A DNA stretch of 64,000 nucleotides from Pyrodictiaceae archaeon. GTDB taxonomy: Archaea > Thermoproteota > Thermoprotei_A > Sulfolobales > WANQ01. The notes under the pieces are model-generated. The model ran no database searches. It saw only the letters and a program-made list of their open reading frames with translations, and was not told where the DNA came from. The number at the start of each line of letters is the position of its first letter. Within the stretch, counting starts at the first letter, position 1. Position numbers and translations under genes: made by a program. Where the stretch lies: positions 30,659-94,658 of the forward strand of contig WANQ01000030.1 in the NCBI GenBank assembly GCA_015521735.1, given 5' to 3'. This document shows, piece after piece, positions 56,460 to 64,000 of the stretch.

Positions 56460-57938
56460 TTAGCTAACTTTCTTTTCCTTTAAGTACCTTAGCTCTGGTA
56501 ACATGTAGTCTTTCATTGCTAGCCCGAAGATTAGCTGGAAGAATGCTGATATGAAGAATCCGTAGTACCATGCTAGTTCTATTCCAGGTACTGGTATGAA
56601 GCCGAAGTATACTTGTAGGTTTCCTTGTATAGCGCTTATAATGTATTCTCCTATTATTCCTAGGAAGAATGCTGCTAAACTATAGACGTTGAATCCTCCA
56701 CTATAAGCGTAGATACCACGTGGGTTATAGAGTTCTTCTAGTACTATTCTGTGTCTTCTTAGTACCCAGTAATCTATGACCATGACTCCTGCTATTGGTC
56801 CTAGCCACATTGAGTAGTACCAGTTGAATAGTAGTAGGTAGTTTGCTACGTCTAATGCCTTACTCCAATAGACTATGCTGTAGGGACCTATGACTAGCCA
56901 TGCAAGGAATGTTGCTATGCTAACAGCTTTCTCCCAAGACACGTATACTAGTCTTATAACACCATTAGCTGCTGCTGGTACATCGCCAGTAACATTTGTT
57001 GAGCCAGTAGCTAGTGTAGCGAATAGTAGTCCGAAGAATCCTAGTGCTGGTATTGGTGCGTACTTAGCTATAATGTCTATTGGACTATATATTCCTCCTG
57101 TAAGCACTGTTGCTACATAGCCTAGGTATGTTCCTACTACTTGTGGGAGAATTAGGCCAAATACGTGGCCTATTGGTAGTGTTGACATGGACTTATTGTA
57201 GCGACAAATATCTGATACGTTTAACGCTATAGTACCCCACCATGCTGTCTGCACTGCTACTTCTAGGAAGAAGTTACCACTAAGCCATCCTACTTGTTGC
57301 TCCCATACAGGTATTGGTACTCCTGGAAACCTTTGTGTAAGATACCATACAAACCATGCGAAGAATACCATTAGTAGTGGTCCAGCAATAACATCTAGGT
57401 ATTTTATGCCTTTAATTTTCTTCATTCCAACAGCCCATACGAACAACAAGTATACTACGAATGTTATTGGAGTATACTTGAGGCCTTCAGTTACTATAAC
57501 TTCTGTTGGGAATCCTGCTATTAGCATAGCCATTTCCGTTATAGCCCATGCAGCAATATAGCCGTCAACACCATACCAGAATATCGATACAATTACTCTT
57601 ACAAGCAATGGTATTATTGAGCCCTTATACCCGAAAGTGTATCTCAACTGTACTGGGAATGGTATACCGTACTTAACGCCTACGTATCCGTTAAGAGTCA
57701 TTATTATTGCTACAACAGTATTACCTATAGTAGCAGCTACTATTGTTTGCACTAGATTCAATTTCAGTATTTGAGCAAACCATCCTAGGAAGAATATAGA
57801 TGTAGTGATAGCCATTGACAATATCATTAACGTGTAACCAATAGTTCCTACATGTCTTTCTTCAGGTTTTGTTGGTAGAAGTTCAGGTCTATCAACGTAT
57901 TTGAATCCCACTGTTGTAGGAGAACTCACTGCTCCCAC
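56460..57938 (-). CDS. NCS1-family nucleobase (cytosine/uracil/allantoin-type) permease
   Basis: 492 aa with 12 predicted TM segments and NCS1-like motifs (WWGTIALNVSDICRY, GSTNVTGDVPAAANG). Confidence 0.85.
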   Translation of the reverse strand: MGAVSSPTTVGFKYVDRPELLPTKPEERHVGTIGYTLMILSMAITTSIFFLGWFAQILKLNLVQTIVAATIGNTVVAIIMTLNGYVGVKYGIPFPVQLRYTFGYKGSIIPLLVRVIVSIFWYGVDGYIAAWAITEMAMLIAGFPTEVIVTEGLKYTPITFVVYLLFVWAVGMKKIKGIKYLDVIAGPLLMVFFAWFVWYLTQRFPGVPIPVWEQQVGWLSGNFFLEVAVQTAWWGTIALNVSDICRYNKSMSTLPIGHVFGLILPQVVGTYLGYVATVLTGGIYSPIDIIAKYAPIPALGFFGLLFATLATGSTNVTGDVPAAANGVIRLVYVSWEKAVSIATFLAWLVIGPYSIVYWSKALDVANYLLLFNWYYSMWLGPIAGVMVIDYWVLRRHRIVLEELYNPRGIYAYSGGFNVYSLAAFFLGIIGEYIISAIQGNLQVYFGFIPVPGIELAWYYGFFISAFFQLIFGLAMKDYMLPELRYLKEKKVS

Positions 57939-58005
57939 AGAGGAACTAGTTTAAAGTGTAATATTTAAAATATTCCTTTATAACCTATTTCACAGAATCA
58001 AAAAT

Positions 58006-58395
58006 GTGAGGAGTGGCTCTAGGTTGAGTTCTGAAGAACTATTCTTCTATGGTTTAATAGCAGTTATAATAGGGTTAGGGATACCACTATTAGTATTATC
58101 GATTATAAGTATGTGGAGTAAGCATAAGGCATTAAAGCTCTACGCTAATCATATAAAAGCTACAATGAATCTTCCTGAGGTTAAGAAGTTTATAGATAAG
58201 GTACGTAAGCCGTTGATAGAAGTAGATGAGGATAAGAAGAAGGGTCAAGTAATAGTTATATGGAAGGATAGTATGAGGAGAGGATATAATCCCTCAGTTT
58301 GGATCTATGTTGACAAGTATTCTGTTAAGCCTTTGAAGATACAGGTTTACCCTGAAACACCTTATAAGAAGCCTAGTACTAGGAAGCTAGCCTAG
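58006..58395 (+). CDS. Hypothetical protein with single N-terminal TM helix
   Basis: FFYGLIAVIIGLGIPLLVLSIISMW, followed by a Lys-rich soluble domain. Confidence 0.45.
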   Translation: MRSGSRLSSEELFFYGLIAVIIGLGIPLLVLSIISMWSKHKALKLYANHIKATMNLPEVKKFIDKVRKPLIEVDEDKKKGQVIVIWKDSMRRGYNPSVWIYVDKYSVKPLKIQVYPETPYKKPSTRKLA

Positions 58396-58444
58396 CTACA
58401 TATCAGCAACAGACTTTGACCTATACATGGCTCTAATGTTATAG

Positions 58445-58849
58445 TTATGTTACCCAGATTCTCTTTACATGAGTGTTGTCGAAGTCTTTGTCTTCTGTTG
58501 CTATTAACTGTATACCATTATTATCCATTGTTGCAAGGTGTAATGCATCTGAGGGCTTTAAGCCGTATTTAACCATGTATTTCTCTGCCCTCACATACTC
58601 TTCTAAGCCTAGTGGTAGTATTGTAACGTAGGGTAGTATTGCCTTATCTATTAGCTCTAGGGTATCCTCTACTGGTACGCCATACTTCTTCTTTGAAACA
58701 TATATTGCCTCATCTAAAACTAGTACATTAGTGTATAACTCGCTTTCTACTAGTAGTTTTAACCAGAACTCTTCTATCCTCCTAGCATCTTTCTCTGGAA
58801 GTACTACATTTAAGTATATGATTAGGCTAGCATCTACGAAAACCCTCAT
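58445..58849 (-). CDS. vapC: PIN-domain toxin VapC
   Basis: MRVFVDASLIIYL...LDEAIY...SDALHLATM...LIATEDKDF provides the four acidic PIN positions. It overlaps the vapB stop codon by 1 nt. Confidence 0.85.
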   Translation of the reverse strand: MRVFVDASLIIYLNVVLPEKDARRIEEFWLKLLVESELYTNVLVLDEAIYVSKKKYGVPVEDTLELIDKAILPYVTILPLGLEEYVRAEKYMVKYGLKPSDALHLATMDNNGIQLIATEDKDFDNTHVKRIWVT

Positions 58850-59115
58850 TACTCAAACTCCTCTTCTAGGTCAACCAAGGCTAGTTCGCCAAGCCTAGCA
58901 GTTTTAGAGTACTTAATCCTACTTCTACGCTTTCTAATCCACTCCACTATTTCCCTAGGATCTTCAACACCCTTAACTAGTAGTCCATTACTTGTTGGCT
59001 CAACTATAACGTAGCCTCTCTCCCTAATGCGATAGGCTTCTCTTAGGATTTTGGGAATCACTATTTGTCCTTTAGGCCCGACTTTTACTCTTAGTTTAAC
59101 CACTAGTAGCACCAA
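58849..59115 (-). CDS. vapB: AbrB/SpoVT-type antitoxin VapB
   Basis: VKVGPKGQIVIPKILREAYRIRERGYVIV is the swapped-hairpin AbrB motif. Confidence 0.85.
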   Translation of the reverse strand: MVLLVVKLRVKVGPKGQIVIPKILREAYRIRERGYVIVEPTSNGLLVKGVEDPREIVEWIRKRRSRIKYSKTARLGELALVDLEEEFE

Positions 59116-59154
59116 GTATAACTACTAGTTAAACCGTTAAATAAGCTTATATAT

Positions 59155-59499
59155 CTATTTTCTAGGAAGGTTCTTCTTTATTATTTCAGCTAGTTTAAGT
59201 ACAAGCTCATCTAATGTCTTGATAAACTCCTCTTCACTCGACAAGACTAGCTGTTCCTTTTCTAGTATAGCTTTCTTTAACTCGATTAACTCAGGTGTTG
59301 CTCTTGATTCTTTCTCCATTAGCTCTACTAGTTTTACTGCTGCATCCAGTAGTCTTAGTGGAGCATATATTTGTGGTTCATCAATTACTCCTCTTGCACT
59401 AGTAATAAGGAATGAAAGTAGCTCAAAATATGGATCCCATAGCAGTCTTGACCTACTATTCAAGGCCAAGCACCCCCTATTAATTAGAGGTATAAGCAT
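59155..59499 (-). CDS. Hypothetical helical protein (114 aa)
   Basis: The ORF abuts the nitroreductase stop codon. No recognisable motif. Confidence 0.45.
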   Translation of the reverse strand: MLIPLINRGCLALNSRSRLLWDPYFELLSFLITSARGVIDEPQIYAPLRLLDAAVKLVELMEKESRATPELIELKKAILEKEQLVLSSEEEFIKTLDELVLKLAEIIKKNLPRK

Positions 59500-60074
59500 T
59501 ATTTACTGTTGTCTATTGAGCTACTTAGGTTATAGCCATAAGCGTTTACGTGGACTACCTTATTTAGAGTCTTCCTACTAGGAGGTTTAGGCCATTCTTT
59601 TGGGTAGCCTAGGCTTAATAGCATAACTGGTTCTACATGGTCTGGTATGTCTAGTATCTTCTTTAGGGCTTGCTTGTTAAATGATAGTATAGGGCATGAA
59701 CCTATTCCTAGTGAATAAGCCATTAACATCATGTTCTGGGCCGCCATAGCCGTGTCCATTACCGCCATTAATTCTCCTAGTCTTCCACCCTTTACTGCAA
59801 TCTTCTTATTATAGCATAGTACTATGATTGCTTGGGGATTACCGTAGAGTCCTGGTGATACTAGTTTTACAGCTCTAATAACGTCTTTGTCAGTGATTAA
59901 TATGAATTCACGTGACTGTAGATTACTTCCACTAGGAGCCCATAATCCTGCTTCTAGTACTAGTTTAAGATGATCCCATGGAATCTCCTTGTCAATGTAG
60001 TTACGTATACTTCTACGTCCTCTAATTACTTCGTAAACTATCTTAGCTTTCTCAGGTAATTCTCGAGGGGCCAA
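59499..60074 (-). CDS. Nitroreductase-family FMN oxidoreductase
   Basis: RRSIRNY...APSGSNLQSREFILI...MAAQNMMLMAYSLGIGSCP. Confidence 0.85.
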   Translation of the reverse strand: MAPRELPEKAKIVYEVIRGRRSIRNYIDKEIPWDHLKLVLEAGLWAPSGSNLQSREFILITDKDVIRAVKLVSPGLYGNPQAIIVLCYNKKIAVKGGRLGELMAVMDTAMAAQNMMLMAYSLGIGSCPILSFNKQALKKILDIPDHVEPVMLLSLGYPKEWPKPPSRKTLNKVVHVNAYGYNLSSSIDNSK

Positions 60075-60189
60075 GAATACTTCGACCCCGTAAACGTTTT
60101 AGTCACTATACTTGTTGTAGTAAAATAAGTATTTTACGTAAACCATGTAGGACGTATCCTGTAGGTACTGTAAATGTGTTGTCGGGTTA

Positions 60190-60816
60190 TTAGTATAGTT
60201 TAGAAATCTTTACTGGAAAGTAGTATTTCTTAAGCCATGTTGCATGCTTTGTAGTTCTTGGCGAGAGAGTTAAGCCCTCACCTACTACTTTGACCACGTG
60301 GTAGGGCTTTAGTGGTGGAGGCATTATAGTTACTACGTAGAGTCTTCCACTATTATCTTTAAGCTGGTTTAAATTATTGTATTCTTTCAATGTAAGGCTA
60401 AGATCTACTGGATCTACATGTAGTACTAGTTGCTTACTACCTATCCTTATTATTGTTGGCTCATCATACTTCTTACCGTGCTCTCTTAGTATTTCCTCTA
60501 CTCTAAGTAGTACACTAGCCTCATCCCTACCTGCTACAATTAACTTCTTAGTGAATGATCTTATTTCACTAATATCCCTGTTATAGTTTGCTAGGACTAC
60601 TGGTATGAATCGTACACCTAGTATTCTTAGTGCATTGTATCTATGGTGTCCATCTATTATTACATGGGTTTTCTCATCAACTATTACTGGTTTTTCTATT
60701 ATTTTTCTAGAAGCAAGGTCTCTCAATAGTATTGCTAGCCTATCACTGACTACATCTTCGTGTGGTATTAGTTCCCTTAATGGTAGTAGCTCTATTCTCT
60801 TCTTACTATGCGACAC
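60190..60816 (-). CDS. ParB/sulfiredoxin-fold protein; candidate free L-serine kinase (SerK-like)
   Basis: LRELIPHEDV...EKPVIVDEKTHVIIDGHHRYNALRILGVRFIPVVL is the ParB-like nuclease-domain signature (DGHHR). The kinase assignment rests on family resemblance and the neighbouring TrpB2 gene. Confidence 0.6.
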   Translation of the reverse strand: MSHSKKRIELLPLRELIPHEDVVSDRLAILLRDLASRKIIEKPVIVDEKTHVIIDGHHRYNALRILGVRFIPVVLANYNRDISEIRSFTKKLIVAGRDEASVLLRVEEILREHGKKYDEPTIIRIGSKQLVLHVDPVDLSLTLKEYNNLNQLKDNSGRLYVVTIMPPPLKPYHVVKVVGEGLTLSPRTTKHATWLKKYYFPVKISKLY

Positions 60817-60833
60817 AATGATATCATCCTCGT

Positions 60834-62243
60834 TTAGACTAGTTTCTCTTGTATTCTTGGAAGGTTCTTTAAGTTTACTTTATTTGGGCCTGTATCAACT
60901 AGTTTTCCTTCAAGGTAGTCTTGGTATCCCTTTAAGTCTAATAGTCCATGTCCGCTTAGATTGAATAGTATTATCTTCTTTTCGCCTTGCTTCTTTGCTT
61001 TTAATGCTTCATCTATTACTGCTTTTACTGCATGAGCACTTTCTGGTGCTGGTACTATTCCTTCTGTTTGTGCAAATAGTTGTGCTGCTTTGAATACTTC
61101 TAGTTGACTGTATGCTACTGGTTCTACTATTCCATGGTTTACAAGTATGCTTAGTGTTGGAGCAACTCCATGATATCTAAGTCCTCCTGCATGAATAGGT
61201 GGTGGAGTATAGTCATGTCCTAGTGTATGCATTTTTAGTAGTGGTGTTAGCCTAGCTGTATCACCGTAATCGTATGCGTATACTCCTTTAGTCATTGTTG
61301 GTACTGCTTTTGGTTCAACAGCAATGAACCTTGTATTGCTTTTACCCTTTAACCTATCCTCCATGAAGGGGTATGCTAGTCCTGCAAAATTGCTTCCACC
61401 TCCAACACACCCGATTACTAGGTCTGGGTTTTCTTCTCCTATTAGTTCTAGTTGACTTTTTGCTTCAAGGCCTATAACTGTTTGATGCAATAGTACGTGG
61501 TTTAATACTGATCCTAGACTATACTTTGTATCATCCCTACTTAATGCGTCCTCTATTGCCTCGCTAATAGCTATTCCAAGACTACCAGGATTATCTGGGT
61601 CTTTTTCAAGTATGCTTCTACCACTCTTAGTGTACGGGCTTGGACTTGGTATTACCTCAGCTCCGTAGAGTTCCATTAGTATTCTCCTATATGGTTTTTG
61701 CTCATAGCTAATCCTAACCATGTATACTCTAAGTTTTAAGCCAAAGAAAGCTGTTGCTAATGCTAAAGCACTACCCCATTGACCTGCACCAGTTTCAGTT
61801 GTTAGCCTCTCTACTCCTTCAGCATGGTTATAGTATGCTTGAGCTATAGCCGTGTTAACCTTATGTGAACCAGTTGGTGTTACTCCCTCATACTTGAAGT
61901 ATATCTTAGCGGGTGTACCTAGTAGTTTTTCAAGTCTTCGGGCTCTTAGGAGTGGTGTTGGTCTACCAATCTCAATGTAGGCTTCTCTAACCTCGTCTGG
62001 TATCCTAACATACTTCTCCGTGGAGAACTCTTGTTCTATTAAGCTACGAGGAAATAATGGTTCTAGGTCTCTAGGTTTTACGGGTTCTCCACTAGGTTTT
62101 AATGGTGGTGGAAGTTGTTCTGGTAGAATTGGTAGTATGTTAAACCATTTAGTTGGAACTATTTCTTCTAGTTGAGGAGATCTTATGAGGCTTAACTCCA
62201 TTGGCGCATGTTCTAACCTCACTTGGTGGGAGTACTTTCCCAT
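60834..62243 (-). CDS. trpB2: Tryptophan synthase beta-like protein, TrpB2 class
   Basis: [17 protein letters not shown] (PLP lysine), [10 protein letters not shown], and [11 protein letters not shown]. The N-terminal extension and 469-aa length are typical of TrpB2. No trpA is adjacent. Confidence 0.9.
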   Translation of the reverse strand: MGKYSHQVRLEHAPMELSLIRSPQLEEIVPTKWFNILPILPEQLPPPLKPSGEPVKPRDLEPLFPRSLIEQEFSTEKYVRIPDEVREAYIEIGRPTPLLRARRLEKLLGTPAKIYFKYEGVTPTGSHKVNTAIAQAYYNHAEGVERLTTETGAGQWGSALALATAFFGLKLRVYMVRISYEQKPYRRILMELYGAEVIPSPSPYTKSGRSILEKDPDNPGSLGIAISEAIEDALSRDDTKYSLGSVLNHVLLHQTVIGLEAKSQLELIGEENPDLVIGCVGGGSNFAGLAYPFMEDRLKGKSNTRFIAVEPKAVPTMTKGVYAYDYGDTARLTPLLKMHTLGHDYTPPPIHAGGLRYHGVAPTLSILVNHGIVEPVAYSQLEVFKAAQLFAQTEGIVPAPESAHAVKAVIDEALKAKKQGEKKIILFNLSGHGLLDLKGYQDYLEGKLVDTGPNKVNLKNLPRIQEKLV

Positions 62244-62371
62244 ATATAAGTTTTGTGTACTATGGTTACAGTGTCGTACTTTTCGACTACACGGTTTCTC
62301 TAAGATAATGTTTTTAAGGGCTGAGAACTCTTAAGCTCTTAGAGTACTTTAACAGTGTTTAAGGTGATTCT

Positions 62372-63118
62372 ATGCCATTGCAGGTAAGGGACCTAGTGGT
62401 GAGGATCAGGGGGTTAGGCAAGGTAGTTGTAGATGGTGTTAACTTAGAAGTTGGTAAGGGTGAGATAGTAGCATTGATGGGTCCTAATGGTAGTGGTAAG
62501 AGTAGTTTAGCCTACACTATCATGGGTCATCCACGATACGAAGTCGTTTCTGGGGACATTGTTGTTGATGGTGAAAGTATAGTAGGTTTATCGCCAGAAG
62601 AGAGGAGTCTCAAGGGCTTATTCCTTGGCTTCCAAAATCCAGTAGAAGTTGAGGGTGTTAAGCTCTCAAACCTAATAATTGCATCCTATAATAAGAGGAT
62701 TGGTGAAAGAGATTTATTGAAGACTAGTAATCCTAGAATAATAGTTGAGATAAACAAGTATGCTTCTATCCTAGGTTTGCGTAGAGAGTTATTGTATAGA
62801 GACGTTAATGTAGGTTTCAGTGGTGGTGAACGTAAACGCTCGGAAATGCTTCAAGCCCTCATACTTAATCCACGCTACGTTATACTAGATGAACCCGATA
62901 GCGGATTAGATGTTGATGGTGTTAAGGTTATTGCTAATGCTATAGAAACGCTTAGGTCTAGGAATACTGGTGTATTATTGATTACACATTACACTAGGAT
63001 CTTAAGGTATGTTAAACCTAGTAGAGTATACGTTATGGTTAATGGTAGAATAGTTGAGAAGGGAGGCTACGAACTAGCTGAGAAAATCGACCGTGAAGGC
63101 TATAGCGTGTATCAATAA
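62372..63118 (+). CDS. sufC: Fe-S cluster assembly ATPase SufC
   Basis: LMGPNGSGKSSLAYTIMGHPRYEV, FSGGERKRSEMLQ, and YVILDEPDSGLD. Confidence 0.95.
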   Translation: MPLQVRDLVVRIRGLGKVVVDGVNLEVGKGEIVALMGPNGSGKSSLAYTIMGHPRYEVVSGDIVVDGESIVGLSPEERSLKGLFLGFQNPVEVEGVKLSNLIIASYNKRIGERDLLKTSNPRIIVEINKYASILGLRRELLYRDVNVGFSGGERKRSEMLQALILNPRYVILDEPDSGLDVDGVKVIANAIETLRSRNTGVLLITHYTRILRYVKPSRVYVMVNGRIVEKGGYELAEKIDREGYSVYQ

Positions 63119-63131
63119 GAAGGTGAGGTTT

Positions 63132-64000
63132 ATGGCTGGTGGCGGATTAGAGGAATTAGCTAAGATTAAGAGCTTTGATGAACTACTAGGTATTGCTAGT
63201 ACTTATCCTAGAGAGATAGTATTACGTGGAAGGATTGAGCGAGGACTAATTGAGGAGATCTCTAGGGTCAAGAAGGAACCCGACTGGATGCGAAGACTTA
63301 GACTACGTGCTTTAGAGTTATTTGAGAAACTACCTACACCTAAATGGGTTATTGGTTTAGACGAGATTGATTTAGAGGAAATAGCTTACTATGTTAAACC
63401 ACTAGCTGATAGAGTTGAGAGCTGGGATGATCTACCACAGTGGATAAAGGATTACTATAAGAAGCTAGGATTACCTGAAATAGAAGCGCGATTCCTCTCC
63501 GGTATAAACACGGTCTTTGACAGTGAAACAGTATTACATAGAGTTAAAGAGGAGCTTCGTAGTAAAGGCGTTGTAATGATACCTCTTGAGGAAGCTCTTA
63601 GAAAATACCCTGAATTCGTTAAAGAATACTTTGGTAGAGTATTCCCTATGAGTGATCACAAGTTTGCAGCACTACACTATGCCTTATGGAGTGGTGGTGT
63701 ATTTGTATATGTACCACCTAGTGTAAGAGTTGAACAGCCTATTGAAGCATTCTTCTTCGTAGGCTCTGAGCTTGAAGGACAATTTGAGCATACACTTATC
63801 GTGATGGGTGAGGGTAGTAGTCTACATTTTATTGAGGGTTGTAGTGCACCTATGTTTAAGAAATATAGTTTCCATGATGGAATGGTTGAATTATACGTGC
63901 ATCGTGGAGCTGAGTTAAAGTTTACGACTGTGCAGAACTGGAGTCGTAACATAGTTAACTTTAACAATAAGCGAGCAATTATTGAAGAAAACGGCTATGT
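63132..64000 (+). CDS. sufB: Fe-S cluster assembly scaffold SufB (3' end outside the window)
   Basis: The ATG at 63132 opens a frame that stays open to the window end. It reads ...DHKFAALHYALWSGGVFVYVPPSVRVEQPIEAFF...FEHTLIVMGEGSSLHFIEGCSAP...TTVQNWS. Not in the ORF track because it has no stop codon. Confidence 0.9.
   Translation, partial: MAGGGLEELAKIKSFDELLGIASTYPREIVLRGRIERGLIEEISRVKKEPDWMRRLRLRALELFEKLPTPKWVIGLDEIDLEEIAYYVKPLADRVESWDDLPQWIKDYYKKLGLPEIEARFLSGINTVFDSETVLHRVKEELRSKGVVMIPLEEALRKYPEFVKEYFGRVFPMSDHKFAALHYALWSGGVFVYVPPSVRVEQPIEAFFFVGSELEGQFEHTLIVMGEGSSLHFIEGCSAPMFKKYSFHDGMVELYVHRGAELKFTTVQNWSRNIVNFNNKRAIIEENGY

Noticed and set aside
1-64000. Search for tRNA/rRNA genes, transposases/IS elements and integrase/att sites.
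   Set aside because: No GC-rich cloverleaf-sized islands were seen by eye in the intergenic regions. No transposase- or integrase-like ORFs and no terminal inverted repeats were seen either. Absence should be confirmed with tRNAscan, Infernal and ISfinder-type tools.

Overview
AT-rich archaeal chromosome segment. Leaderless-type TATA spacing, Sulfolobus-like cmr gene order and a repeat ending in GAAAG point to a hyperthermophilic crenarchaeon, probably Desulfurococcales-like; the organism call is inference. All calls come from reading the ORF translations and the DNA by eye; no searches were run.

Layout:
- 1-16.7 kb: the 3' part of a PLP cysteine-synthase gene, a B12-binding radical SAM plus SPASM radical SAM pair, an archaeal AAA+ ATPase, a block of small wHTH, membrane and hypothetical genes, and a 1325-aa surface protein with a Thr-rich stalk.
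- 16.8-36.7 kb: a defence island. It holds a CRISPR array of 13 identical 25-bp repeats read on the minus strand, a frameshift-riddled gene remnant beside the leader, a tightly packed CARF-HEPN-MNT operon, a decayed vapBC, an HExxH protein and a second HEPN/MNT pair whose HEPN carries an in-frame TAA. It also holds a complete type III-B cassette (cmr4-cmr5-cmr1-cmr6-cas10-cmr3; Cas10 has HD and GGDD). Directly upstream of that cassette is an uncharacterised, translationally coupled three-gene operon encoding a PD-(D/E)xK-like protein and two CARF-like proteins. A lone degenerate CRISPR repeat marks the far edge. No cas6, cas1, cas2 or cas4 is visible in the window.
- 36.9-64 kb: a stand-alone NurA-HerA pair, a glycosyltransferase and two methyltransferases, TldD/TldE, Lrp and GlnA, a sugar ABC importer (binding protein plus two permeases), a cytosine deaminase with an NCS1 permease, VapBC, a nitroreductase, a ParB-fold (serine-kinase-like) gene next to TrpB2, and SufC/SufB (3' truncated).

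Best candidate for a new system: the three-gene operon at 32889-36147, as a cyclic-oligoadenylate sensor/effector set for the Cmr complex. The split CARF / HEPN-MNT operon and the NurA-HerA pair are secondary candidates.

A patchy AC-versus-GT strand-composition mosaic that ignores gene orientation runs through the window. It explains the many long antisense ORFs in the ORF track.
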